Shown here: positions 49,731-62,665 of the stretch, one piece after another
Numbering within the stretch: position 1 is the stretch's first letter
Layout: every line of letters begins with the position of its first letter
Source: Octopus sinensis
Taxonomy: Eukaryota
DNA length: 64,000 nucleotides
Direction of reading: 5' to 3'
Assembly (NCBI RefSeq): GCF_006345805.1
Contig: NC_043002.1
Coordinates: 102,424,001 to 102,488,000, forward strand
The notes under the pieces: generated by a model
What the model saw: only the letters and a program-made list of their open reading frames with translations
Databases searched by the model: none
What the model was told of the DNA's origin: nothing
Made by a program: the position numbers and the translations under genes

Positions 49731-51950
49731 CAGTTTCCGCTTTAAGACGTCACAATTTTTCGTATTTCAATTTCCAAGTCTTTATATTTACTTAATTTGT
49801 CAATCCTTCATTTACAAATATGTATATATATATTTTATCAGTGGTAGTCTATAAGTCTTTCTTCTTTGTTTTTATTATTGTTGCTGTTGTTTACGTTGAG
49901 CCTTTGTAGATGTGCCACTTATCACTGTGTTTTATTTGCATTTAGTTACTGAGCAGAGCTAAACAAGAAGTCGTTTGCTTTTAGAAGTTTAATTCAGAAA
50001 ACTCAAGCTAATATGGTTGATATTTCTTCCATTGCAGCTGAGGTAGATGGCTTCCTATTTTCGAAGGGTTCATTGTAAATTTATTTCTGTTTAAATTTAA
50101 ACCAAATTGACTGCAAGGCAAATAGATAACGCCCCCAGGTAATAACTTTAAATGCAGTATGACAGAAAACAAAGAAGGAAAATGAATTTAATTATACTAC
50201 AGTTGGAAAACATTTCACAAAATGAAAAAAAGTAAGGAATTTTTGTTAAAGTGCGGTAACTGAACGAAGCTTCACGCGAACAACGAAATCCAGAACAGAA
50301 TAGAAAAGACAAAAAGAAACAGCAAGATGAACCTCAACTACGCCACCAAAACTGCAAAAGAGCAGAATACAACGAGGCCGTTGTTGCACAAAAAAATAAA
50401 ATATATATACCTAAAAATTTTAATGATCGGAGCAAAATAGTGAAAATGAAATCTATGTATTTCATAGCTAGCATTGTCATCATGTGAAAATTCTCTCTCT
50501 CTCTCTCTCTCCCACTCACGCACACACACACACACATATATATACGATACACACGTGAAAGAAATACTGCATAGTGCTGATGAATACTAAAGAAATGTGT
50601 TTGATGCCGGAATATGAAAACGAGTTCAAAACAAGAGGAAAGTGAGACTTGAAGCATTTACAAAATGACTCAAATGTGTCTTTTGCCTCAGAAAATCAAC
50701 GAATCAATGTGAGCCAATGAGACACACGCAGTCATATCTTTGACTTCTAACTGAAAATATTTTATGGATGTTCATTATCTATACTGGTGAACGAAAGAAA
50801 GTGGGTTAGGACATTTGGATCACGATCGTTACTTCGATTACCGGTGGCGCATTTTGCCGTTGAGAAGAAAGTTTATCTGACGTTCTTCACGGCTATTCAA
50901 CTAGCAAACAAGAGTTGTACCTCATCTTCACAGGACCAGCTTCATCACATTCTGTCACGCTGGAACATACTGAGAACTATATTAATGATACTCGTGTGTG
51001 TGTGTGTGTGTATTACTCTAATTTCACGAGCAGGGAGTTCGGTTGCTTGTATCAACTGGGACACTCAGAGTAGCAACAGACGGACTGCTAGATTTTCTGC
51101 ATTTAAAATCTAAGGATGGTCACCTTGGAAAATTTCGGGGAGGACGTGAATGCCCCGTTCGTATTCATTATCGGAATAAATATGGAAGCTGGCCGTTAAT
51201 GATATGTTGTCCTGTGGGGCTTCCGTGGCTAATATAGTTAATAACATTCTGATGAATACTCATTGATCATGAGAAAGGAAACGGTTTGTCCTTGCAGGAC
51301 GGAAAAGTTAGTTGTTACTAATCTAATAGTGTGCGTTAAGAAATGGCTGTCTGCCGAACAGAATTAAACAAACTAAAAGAAAATGTATCACACGGGAATA
51401 GCAAATGTTACAAAGCTTGCAAACGTTCATATGCATGGCAAGAAACATTTGCAAAGATTTCCGATCAAGGCAACAAAAAGTTCTAAATCAAATCGTTGAC
51501 AAATACACCGCTGTATCCTCATCAGTTTAGTAAAAGCCAATTGTTTCATGTAGACGAAATGAATAATGAAATGCGTAGCGCATGGCGAGATAAAAAAAAC
51601 CCAAAAGACAAGTAAGCATGAAGCTTAAACAAGAGAAGATGAGAAGCAAGAATAGAGGCGTTCGAAGGGACCTCCATATCGCAGTTGAACACATTCGTTC
51701 ACTCACAAATACACAGACATATATGTGAGTGCGCGGGCTCGCGTCTGTGGTGCCTTAGTTTTTAGTGTATTCTTCAATTACAAGAACTGGGGTCGATTCA
51801 ATCGATAAAAGCCGTCAAGGCCGAGCAAAACAACAGGGTAATTCTAAAAACAAATATAGTATATACGATGCAAGATTTGTGTGGATCGGTTACGGGCCCG
51901 TTTGTGTACATATACACAGAAGAATACATATCATATATGTTCAACCCCCC

Positions 51951-51991
<41 letters not shown>

Positions 51992-51992
51992 C

Positions 51993-52207
51993 CTTTTCCA
52001 CACTAGGGAAAAGGCTAGAAATGTTGGGGTAAGAGGCCAGTCGATTAGATCGACCAACATACGCAACAGGTACTTAATTTATCGACTCCGAAATGATGAA
52101 ATGCAAAGTCAACATCGACGGAATTTGAACCCAGAACACAAAGACAGACGAAATACTGCTAGGCATTTCGCCCGGCGTGCTAACGTTTCTGCCAGCACAC
52201 CGCCTTA
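51993..52207 (-). mobile_element. Meta-like SINE, alternative 3' tail
   Basis: Same head and central domain as 1091; tail differs. Confidence 0.8.
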
Positions 52208-52551
52208 CACCCGCACACATAGAGAAATATATATATGTATGTGTGTGTGCATGTTTGCATGCGTATCTATGTATGTATATTTCTACATATTTGTGCGTGT
52301 GTGTGTGTGAGTATTCTTACAAGTATGTAAACATGTATGCATGTGTGAGTGTATGTATGTGTGCGTGTATAAGATGTCACTGAAATGTGCTTAATGTCAA
52401 AATTTAAACGCATTCTTTTTATATATATTGATAACACACTTCCTCAACCTTCCAGTTTCAAAGTGATTCTACATAACCCACTAACCTCTTTTCCTAATAA
52501 CTTTTCCACGCACGAATGGACAATGAATGAAACTATACACACATACATAAG

Positions 52552-52600
<49 letters not shown>

Positions 52601-53526
52601 TACAAAGCCAAAAAAAAATTCGTGAGCACGCACCTAAACGAATATTTTTTTTCTTTTATACACTCACAATCACTCTACCGTGTCTTCATATTTTTCTGCT
52701 TCATATCATTTCCTCGTTGATAATCATGTCATATTCACAGGTCAAAACGTATAGCACCTGCTGAGCCATATATTGTCACTTTTTTGATATTGAAATGACG
52801 ACGTTGTTATTGCCGAAACGAGTCAAACGCAACAATCAGTTTACAATATTTGTCTTCCCTTTCATCTTCATTTCATATCAAAACACTAATTCATCTTTCC
52901 TTTAATACTACACAGACTGGAAGTGATAGATGATAGATTACTTCCCACCTCTACCTCTTTTATACACAAGCACATGTACTTATCTATCTATCCATCCATC
53001 TATACACACGCACACACATATATCTTTATATATATATATACACACACATCCATGCGTATGTGTTAGTATAGATAGAAAGATAAGATATAGATAGTCATAG
53101 ATAAATCGGTACTGTGATTAAAACTCACAAGTCTTATGAGAAAGTTTGTCGTAGAAGCGGGAAATAATTGGAAACAAGAGAATTAACATGTAAAGCGCAT
53201 GTCCGCGTAGAATAGGAATAGAATAGGAAATGAATGTGAAACCATAACGAGGAACACAGACTTGTAATAAAAAAATATGTATTCATCCTTGAAAGAATGG
53301 AATAGGATCCAACGTCTCTGGTCTTTCACTTGGGAAACGGGTATTTAAAGAGTTGGCGGAGAACGATTAATAAAAACGGTACGGTACTTATGACGACTGT
53401 TTACCTTGCGGGATTGGAGTAAATCGTATTCGAGTGGCGGGATAGCAGAAGTGGTTACGCAGAAAAAAATATTAGTCAAACTATGCAAGACTTGGCAATA
53501 CTTACATGTGCTACTGCTGCTGCTGC

Positions 53527-53573
<47 letters not shown>

Positions 53574-54300
53574 TTAAAAATAAGGGGCATGTGGGGTATT
53601 TGTTAGTGATAGCACTTCTGTTCACCATCTGTCGCATGCCAAGAGCATGGGTGATGATCACTAGTTCACAACAAAAACTCAACTCTCACTTATGACTCCA
53701 AGTAGCCGGTTGTGCGCGCCGGCAGTCATGCCCCGGGACCGCCACTCGACATTGGTGCTAAACTAAGTGAGGGGCAATGGCAGTTTGACGGCTGTTGTGG
53801 CTGATGGCAAACCTTCTCTTAAGTGCATGAAATCCGAAACGGCAGAGAGATTGGATGGCCCATAGAGTCAGATGGACAACGGCCTTGAAAGCGGAACCAG
53901 CAATGTGTGTTACGCATAGGGCACACTCAGGTACTCAATGAGTATGTGGCCAATTAACCATGAATATACCCAGTAGTTAACCAAACATGGATAAAATCAA
54001 TAAAAACAACTATACCGCATCGCCCGTCTCGTGAGTCAACAAGGAGCGCGTCACCTAGTGAGGAGTCAGGCTGGGAGCGAAAATTTGGTTACTGATTCGA
54101 AACCTACCTTAAGTTTGCCAAGACTACAAAACCTACAAAAACCCGAAAATTAAAATATATAATATGAAAACCATACTTGACATTGATGCCACCATAGAAT
54201 CGATCAACCAAAAGTTACGTGCTATAGTTCCCGCGTAGCACCGTATGAAAAACGTGTTAGATTCTTCAACGACACAGAATTATGCTTGTCTACAGTATAC

Positions 54301-54361
<61 letters not shown>

Positions 54362-56029
54362 TACAAAGCCAAAAAAAAATTCGTGAGCACGCACCTAAAC
54401 GAATATTTTTTTTCTTTTATACACTCACAATCACTCTACCGTGTCTTCATATTTTTCTGCTTCATATCATTTCCTCGTTGATAATCATGTCATATTCACA
54501 GGTCAAAACGTATAGCACCTGCTGAGCCATATATTGTCACTTTTTTGATATTGAAATTGACGACGTTGTTATTGCCGAAACGAGTCAAACGCAACAATCA
54601 GTTTACAATATTTGTCTTCCCTTTCATCTTCATTTCATATCAAAACACTAATTCATCTTTCCTTTAATACTACACAGACTGGAAGTGATAGATGATAGAT
54701 TACTTCCCACCTCTACCTCTTTTATACACAAGCACATGTACTTATCTATCTATCCATCCATCTATACACACGCACACACATATATCTTTATATATATATA
54801 TACACACACATCCATGCGTATGTGTTAGTATAGATAGAAAGATAAGATATAGATAGTCATAGATAAATCGGTACTGTGATTAAAACTCACAAGTCTTATG
54901 AGAAAGTTTGTCGTAGAAGCGGGAAATAATTGGAAACAAGAGAATTAACATGTAAAGCGCATGTCCGCGTAGAATAGGAAATGAATGTGAAACCATAACG
55001 AGGAACACAGACTTGTAATAAAAAAATATGTATTCATCCTTGAAAGAATGGAATAGGATCCAACGTCTCTGGTCTTTCACTTGGGAAACGGGTATTTAAA
55101 GAGTTGGCGGAGAACGATTAATAAAAACGGTACGGTACTTATGACGACTGTTTACCTTGCGGGATTGGAGTAAATCGTATTCGAGTGGCGGGATAGCAGA
55201 AGTGGTTACACAGAAAAAATATTAGTCAAACTATGCAAGACTTGGCAATACTTACATGTGCTACTGCTGCTGCTGCTAATACTAATAATAATAATAATAA
55301 TAATATTAAAAATAAGGGGCATGTGGGGTATTTGTTAGTGATAGCACTTCTGTTCACCATCTGTCGCATGCCAAGAGCATGGATGATGATCACTAGTTCA
55401 CAACAAAAACTCAACTCTCACTTATGACTCCAAGTAGCCGGTTGTGCGCGCCGGCAGTCATGCCCCGGGACCGCCACTCGACATTGGTGCTAAACTAAGT
55501 GAGGGGCAATGGCAGTTTGACGGCTGTTGTGGCTGAAGGGAAACCTTCTCTTAAGTGCATGAAATCCGAAACGGCAGAGAGATTGGATGGCCCATAGAGT
55601 CAGATGGACAACGGCCTTGAAAGCGGAACCAGCAATGTGTGTTACGCATAGGGCACACTCAGGTACTCAATGAGTATGTGGCCAATTAACCATGAATATA
55701 CCCAGTAGTTAACCAAACATGGATAAAATCAATAAAAACAACTATACCGCATCACCCGTCTCGTGAGTCAACAAGGAGCGCGTCACCTAGTGAGGAGTCA
55801 GGCTGGGAGCGAAAATTTGGTTACTGATTCGAAACCTACCTTAAGTTTGCCAAGACTACAAAACCTACAAAAACCCGAAAATTAAAATATATAATATGAA
55901 AACCATACTTGACATTGATGCCACCATAGAATCGATCAACCAAAAGTTACGTGCTATAGTTCCCGCGTAGCACCGTATGAAAAACGTGTTAGATTCTTCA
56001 ACGACACAGAATTATGCTTGTCTACAGTA

Positions 56030-56032
<3 letters not shown>
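52601..56032 (+). repeat. ~1.7-kb direct tandem duplication (52601-54300 / 54362-56032)
   Basis: Copies differ by a handful of substitutions, (AAT)n length and an 11-bp indel; (TA)n at all junctions. Confidence 0.95.
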
Positions 56033-56079
<47 letters not shown>

Positions 56080-56475
56080 CTTATGTATGATGTCTAGATG
56101 GTTGCCAAATTTTTAAGGTTTTTCTTTCATTACATCGTACTTTTACTCAACCTGGCAAGCTTTTTTGCAATATCAATGTATTATTCCTCAGAGTGGATGA
56201 CGAGTAAACGAACTGAAGAGGAGGAATTAGGCTGAACGCCTAGGCCTTACTCGAGACCCAACGATGGGAAGATGCTTGTCTTCTTGTAGCTCAATTTATT
56301 GAGTTTGTTATTTGCTAATTGTGTGTTATTGTTGCTAACTCAGAATAAGCTCTAAACTTGTAAACTTATTTCACCAATAGCATTAACGACACCCAACTCC
56401 GCTGTTCTCAAAATAAAGTAAATATAAGACTCTATTAAACAATACAGCTTTCTTCTTTTCTGTTGCTATTTCTAG

Positions 56476-56581
56476 CGGTCGGAATTACAGTAAACACGAC
56501 ACCTGCTACGAGGCTGTTGTTAGTGCTGCATTTGTTAGTGCTGTTGATGTTGGCCCCCATCCGAAAATCCTTGTAGAAAAG
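56476..56581 (+). other. Candidate 106-bp host exon
   Basis: Acceptor TTTCTTCTTTTCTGTTGCTATTTCTAG, donor AAG|GTAAGG; one open frame GRNYSKHDTCYEAVVSAAFVSAVDVGPHPKILVEK. No homologue recognised. Confidence 0.4.
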
Positions 56582-56637
56582 GTAAGGCAGACATAAATCT
56601 ATGCATCTGACTTATTTTTTCTAAGTCTCTCAATTTT

Positions 56638-56676
<39 letters not shown>

Positions 56677-57059
56677 AGCTGCTCAATCTTTCTGCAAGTC
56701 ACCACACAGCTTTATTTTTTTTTACAAACTGCATGTTCTACAATTTTCATTTACACACACAAACACATATATGTATATGCATGCATGCATACATACATAT
56801 ATGTGTATATATATATATACTTTTTTCTCTACATTGTATACTTTATAGACAATAGTCTTTTCTTTAATTTAATTTTTTATTATCCATCTGAACTGTTCCA
56901 TTTCTGCACGCTAATTTTATTTTTAATTTATTCCCATTCATGTGAAACCACTTATTCAAGTTCAAGTCATTGATGCAATTTTATACCAATTGCTATTTTA
57001 ACTTTTTTTTATGTTACGATTATATTATAATTTAGTTTGATTTTAATTATTACTTAATG

Positions 57060-57449
57060 CATATAATTTAATTGTTATTATTATTTTTATTGTTAAAGTG
57101 AAAATATCTGACGTAAAATAGAGAAATGTTTTTTTTTCACTTTTAACACGTAATACTGATATAGTGGAGAAGATATGATATTGCTATGGCTCGCTCTAGG
57201 CAAGGAGGTGAACTTTTTTTGCCCATAAAACTACATGGACCCTAAGTAAGGCATGTGTAAAATTTGAATGAAATTGGTTGTGTAGTTCTCAAGGTTTAGG
57301 GAATCGTAGTGGAGAAGATATGATATTGCTGTGGGCTCGCCCTAGGCAAAAAGTTAAAAAGTTTTTTTGCCGATGACACTCCCCAGACCCTAAGTAAGGC
57401 AACACACAGACAGACAGACACACATTCTCAGTTTTTTATATATAAAGAT
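57060..57449 (+). mobile_element. Helentron-type non-autonomous element 3' part with ~145-bp internal repeat
   Basis: TAGTGGAGAAGATATGATATTGCT at 57162 and 57307; end ACAGACAGACACA...TTTTATATATAAAGAT. Confidence 0.55.
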
Positions 57450-57582
57450 GAATTGATAGACACATAGATGGAGTGATAGATGGTTGGATATAAATATATG
57501 TATATATATACATATATATATATACATATATATATAAATAAATACATATAAATATACACATACATCTCTCTTTACATGTGTC

Positions 57583-57621
<39 letters not shown>

Positions 57622-58621
57622 GCCTCTGTGTGTGCGAGAAAGTCGTAGTAGTAGCAGCAGCAGTAGTAGTGTTTTGTCTAAATTTTGAAAGAATAAGGTA
57701 AAACTTTTGATTAACTTTCGAAGACGCCATCCTTCTCTGCCTGGAAGATGTTTATGGAATATGAAAAAGGAGAGAACTGAAATAATTCATTTGCTAAGCG
57801 AAAACCTCCTGCCTCGACTGTTACCAGCACTCAAGGCGTGTCATTACCCTTTGCTATATATATATATATAGATATTCTTATATTCACACAGGGAAACACA
57901 CTCAGACAAATACGCAAACATCTTATGCCTATATATTCATGCGCATTCGTATAAAAGTATATACGTGGCAATACGTGAGCGTGCACATTCGCAAACATTT
58001 TTGTTCTCTCTCGTTCTGTGAATGTATACAGTTACCATTCTCTTACTAAACTAATTTCTGTATCTATGATTTTATATCTTCATATCTACATACGTCACTC
58101 TGCGTGCGTTTGTGTGTTTGTGTATATATATAAATAGAAAATATTCTGTGGTGAAAGGGTTCTTTGACTCCTATTTTTAGTATTGCTGGTGCTTCCTGCA
58201 CCCTTCATCACATTTTAGTGACGGTGAATAATTTATATTTTGGTCTTGAATTCCGTCTAGCCGCATTAATTGTTTCATAATTACCATTTTGCGGAATCAG
58301 CCACCGATTCCTATAGTAAAATCTCTATATTTACTGACCGAGAATAATTTAGTATGACTACTCGTAGTGGAGGAAGCATTACTGATAAGCCTTAAATTTC
58401 ATGCGAAATTGGAATGCCAATCTAAGGACACTAAATGGCGGTGGTGAGGTTGTCTCCCCTGTCAGTAACTAGAAAATGTGCCTCTGTGGTTAAAGGGTAC
58501 TTTGATTCTTATTTCTAGCAGAGCTGGTGCTCTCTGCTCGCTTCCTCTCATTTTAGTCATGGTGAATTATTTCCAACATATCATTTATGGTTCTGAAATG
58601 CGTCACCTCATATATATAAAA

Positions 58622-58950
58622 AGACCCCCTTCGGTCATGAGTGACCATGGGATTGCACCTAGAAAGTTACCCTCCTAGACACAAGTCCGGGCAAGGTTGT
58701 TTATGGAAGACCAGCAGTCGCCCATGCATACCAGCCTCCCCTCTCCACGCCACCAGTGTTATCCAAGGGAAAGGCAAAGGTCGATACAGCTTGGCACCTG
58801 TGACGTCGCAACTCATTTCTACAGCTGAGTGAACTTGAGCAACGTGAAATAAAGTGTCTTGCTCAAGAATACAACACGCAGCTCGGTCCGGGATTCGAGC
58901 TCACAACCTCACGATCGTAAGCTCGACGCTCTAATCACTGAGCCATGTGC
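58622..58950 (-). mobile_element. tRNA-derived SINE (third family)
   Basis: TGGCTCAGTGATTAGAGC A box, GAGCTCGAATCCC B box, TTGAGCAAGACACTT conserved domain, GACCGAAGGGGGTC tail. Confidence 0.85.
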
Positions 58951-59042
58951 GTGTGTGCTTTTTATTCCAGCTGTAAATTTATTTATTACAGATAAGTAAC
59001 TCAAAGTTCCATGTTCCCTCCGTCGCACAGTTGTGATATATA

Positions 59043-59086
<44 letters not shown>

Positions 59087-59089
59087 GTG

Positions 59090-60430
59090 TGTTATCTATC
59101 TATAGGATAACAAACGTTAAGGCAAGACAAACATCTCAACTCGTATACGTTATTATTGGAAAAATTCAGTCTACCGTTGTTTCTGGTATATCCGAGAGTA
59201 TGGGATATTCCGTCATCGGAGACAAATAGGGATAATCAAAAGGTTATAGATTAATGCAATGACGACAGAGAGGACAGGAGGAAGGAATAAGGAGATGAAG
59301 AAAAAGAAGAAGAACGAAGCATAAATGTTCACAGTTCAACTTTCCGATCATGTTGGTGTAAGTCTTAAGTGCTTAGGTGCAATCCTGTGTAAATCCATGA
59401 AGGTTAAATGCGTAATAGTATCAATATCCAGAAATAGAGGCAAACTTATCAACGTTCAATAACAGAATGCTAGCGGAGGTGCCTTTTAAATGGTAAAAAA
59501 AAAGTATAAGTAAATAGAAAGAGAGATAGAGAGGAAATTAAGGATTGGCATAAAGGATAAAGTAAGGTATAGAAGAATATAGTGTGCAAAAGTATCTAAG
59601 ACTAAATAAATAAATAAGGATAAATAAGGAGAGAAGTGGAGGAGGGAAGGGAAGATAACGAAAAATGCAATATAACAAAAATGAAAGGAATTCAAAGAAA
59701 ATAGATGCCAGTGGTATTATTCTAGTCTGTAGGCGTTGGGGATGATATCTAGCCATAAAAGGGACACAAACACTACTTGATTTCCTACCCAGCCCTTACA
59801 GAATAGAAGAATACCACTGGCACCTACTATTCTCTTTGAAGTCCATTACTTTAGACTTCATTTTTTTTTACGTTATATTCCTTTACCTGTTTCTCCTCTC
59901 CCATTTACCCTTATTTATTTATTTATTTATATTCTTGGTTATTTTTGTACCCTATATTTTATATTCCTTACTTTATCCCTTAACGCCAATCCTTAATTTC
60001 CCCTCTACCTCTCTATTTTTCTGCCTTTCTACAACTTAATAGCCAACTCGCTACCATTCTCTTACTGCACGTTGATACGCACGTGTCTATTTCGGCATAT
60101 TTACACTATTTATTAGGACTTTAACCGACATGGATTTATACAGGATTGCACCGGAAGATTTACGGACTTACTGCTGTATTATCGGAGAGTTGAACTGTGA
60201 ACATTTATGTTTCATTTCACTTTTCCTTATCCATCTCAGTTTTCCTTTTCTCTTGTCCTCTATGTCACAATTTCATTAATCTATACCCTTCTCATTTTCC
60301 CGATTTGTCACCGATGACGGAATACCCCATACTCTAGGATAACCCAGAAACAGCGTTAGACTGAATTTTCCCAATAATAACGTATACGACTTGAAATGCT
60401 TGCCTTGCCTTAACGTTTCTTGTCATATTT

Positions 60431-60434
<4 letters not shown>
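59090..60434. mobile_element. Non-coding foldback element (~650-bp diverged arms, ~40-bp loop) with HHR-like cores
   Basis: 59090-59741 aligns by eye to the reverse complement of 59784-60434; TA-rich tracts on both sides. Confidence 0.85.
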
Positions 60435-60465
<31 letters not shown>

Positions 60466-60687
60466 TATATATATATGCACATATATATATATGCACATAT
60501 ATATATATGCACATATATATATATACACATATATATATATATACACATATATATATACACATATATATATACACATATATACACATATATATACACATAT
60601 ATATACACATATATATACACACATATATATATATATACACACATATATATATATATTTGTGAGTATTTATATATATATGTGTGTGTT

Positions 60688-60720
<33 letters not shown>

Positions 60721-60821
60721 ATATATACACACATATATATATATGTACACACAAGTATATATATATATATATATTTGTGAGTGTTATATATATATATATA
60801 TGTGTGTGTTTATATATATAT

Positions 60822-60853
<32 letters not shown>

Positions 60854-60856
60854 CAT
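60435..60856. repeat. ~420-bp (TA)n/(TACACA)n microsatellite
   Basis: Directly visible. Confidence 0.95.
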
Positions 60857-61699
60857 GTGAGGTTAGAAATGGTTTAAAAAAATTGGGGAAGAATAAGTAA
60901 GCCCAGCACCAAACACAAAAAGGGAAAAGATTTGGTTGTGGCAGTGAAATGTGCACCGATGAAGGGAAAAACAAATGGAGCGGAGTGAAGTTCTCCGAGA
61001 ACTCTCAGCATATGAAAGAAGTTAAGAAAAAAACGAGGAAAGGAACGAAACCTATTTGAAGCACTTGTGCATATATATGTATGCGTGTGTGTGTGTGTGT
61101 GTGAATATTTCTGTCGGGCCCCTACCAATTCTAATGTCAGGAATCACACCCACACAAAAATTCCAATCCCGCCGTCACGCTGGTCTGTCACAAGCCAGCC
61201 AACAAAAGCTTCCACACCCTATGGGGGTTCATCCAATGCCGTAACACTCACACATTTACTTCACATTTTATATTTAGTTTTTTCGCTGCTGCTCCTGGAC
61301 CACAACAACACCGCACCATTTACTATATCATTCTTTCTTAAATTTTATTCTTCTCTTTACCTTTTTTATCAACAACTTCCTGGCTGCAACCTCCTCACTT
61401 CACGAAAATTTGTACGAACTGCCATCAAAACTCCTCTAGCTTATAAAACTGGATGGAAAATGGAATGTAAACCTTAAAACTTTTTAAGACTTACGTCACC
61501 TGAAAAGGACCCCTGCTCTGCACGTTGCATCTGGCACATCTTGTCCTACATCTAGAGGGAGCAGTGTAGGAGGAACCCCAAAACAATTGTTTTGCTAATA
61601 AATTCCTAGTTATTATCTGTCTTCCATATCAATCAATTAAAATCTATACGTGTGTATATATATATTTGTGTGAGTGTGTCTGTCTGTCTGTCTGTATGT

Positions 61700-61877
61700 G
61701 TAGGGGTGGCTGTGTGATAAGAAGCTTGCTTCCTAACCACATGATGCCGGGTTCAGACCCACTGCATGAAACCTTGGGCAAGTGTTTTCTACTATAGCCT
61801 CGGGCCGACCAAATCCTGTGAGTGTATTTGGTAGACAGAAATTGGAAGAAGCCCGTCGTGTGTATATATATATGTGC

Positions 61878-61918
<41 letters not shown>

Positions 61919-61935
61919 TGTGTGTGAATGTGTGC
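61700..61935 (+). mobile_element. CORE-type SINE 5' half
   Basis: GGCTGTGTGATAAGAAGC head, ACCTTGGGCAAGTG core; ends in (GT)n. Confidence 0.85.
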
Positions 61936-62665
61936 CTATGTTCCTTATCAATTCGAAAACCGATTTGCTGATTTAGACGTGTCAAGTATCAAATGATTCA
62001 GTTATTTTTCTGCTACCAAATAAAGTATGGTGTTTGCACAATTCTATTTTACTACAAAAATAAAGTCGAAACGCGATCGAGGCTGCTCCTATGTGGGGCA
62101 ACTCTGCCTGAACAATATGTCTTCCCCAGATCATAATGAGAAAATGTTTAAAATACATGGATTTCTCAACCTATCAAATCCACTAATGCTATTTTCACTT
62201 AAGATGTCACGCTGTGATCCCGAACCCAGAACCACGAAGAAGAAAACTATTTACCACAGAGCCATTGTCGTATGTGTGAATACTTGCATACAAAAACACA
62301 CACATATAAGATAATAATATAAAAGAATAAGGGAATTACTTCTACAAAGAATGGAATGCCTCTTAATGAATCTCGCACTACAGACTGACACAGTAGAATA
62401 CTATATTTTATTTCTCCTCTAGAAACATTTAAATATCTCCAAAATTCTGATTCAAATATATTATATTGTGATATCTCCTTCAGAATGAGTGGAATGAGAT
62501 TCATATAAACACTGAACAAATTGCATAATTCATCGTGAATATCATCCATACAAAATCGATGTTTTTTGATCGATCACACTGCTCTGATTTTGTATTTTCA
62601 CTTTTTTTTTTTTTTGCCAGGATATGTATTTATCCCTTTAAACCCAACAATATTGGCATTGATAA

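Noticed and set aside
53345-55427. Poly-Asn/Ile/Leu ORFs and a 24-aa sORF (MKTILDIDAT...) in the duplicated unit
   Set aside because: Driven by (AAT)n/(GCT)n repeats or too short to support.
56212-56275. CTGAAGA-hairpin-GAGAC-hairpin as a hammerhead
   Set aside because: GAAA is mutated, the U16.1 position is A, and stem I does not pair.
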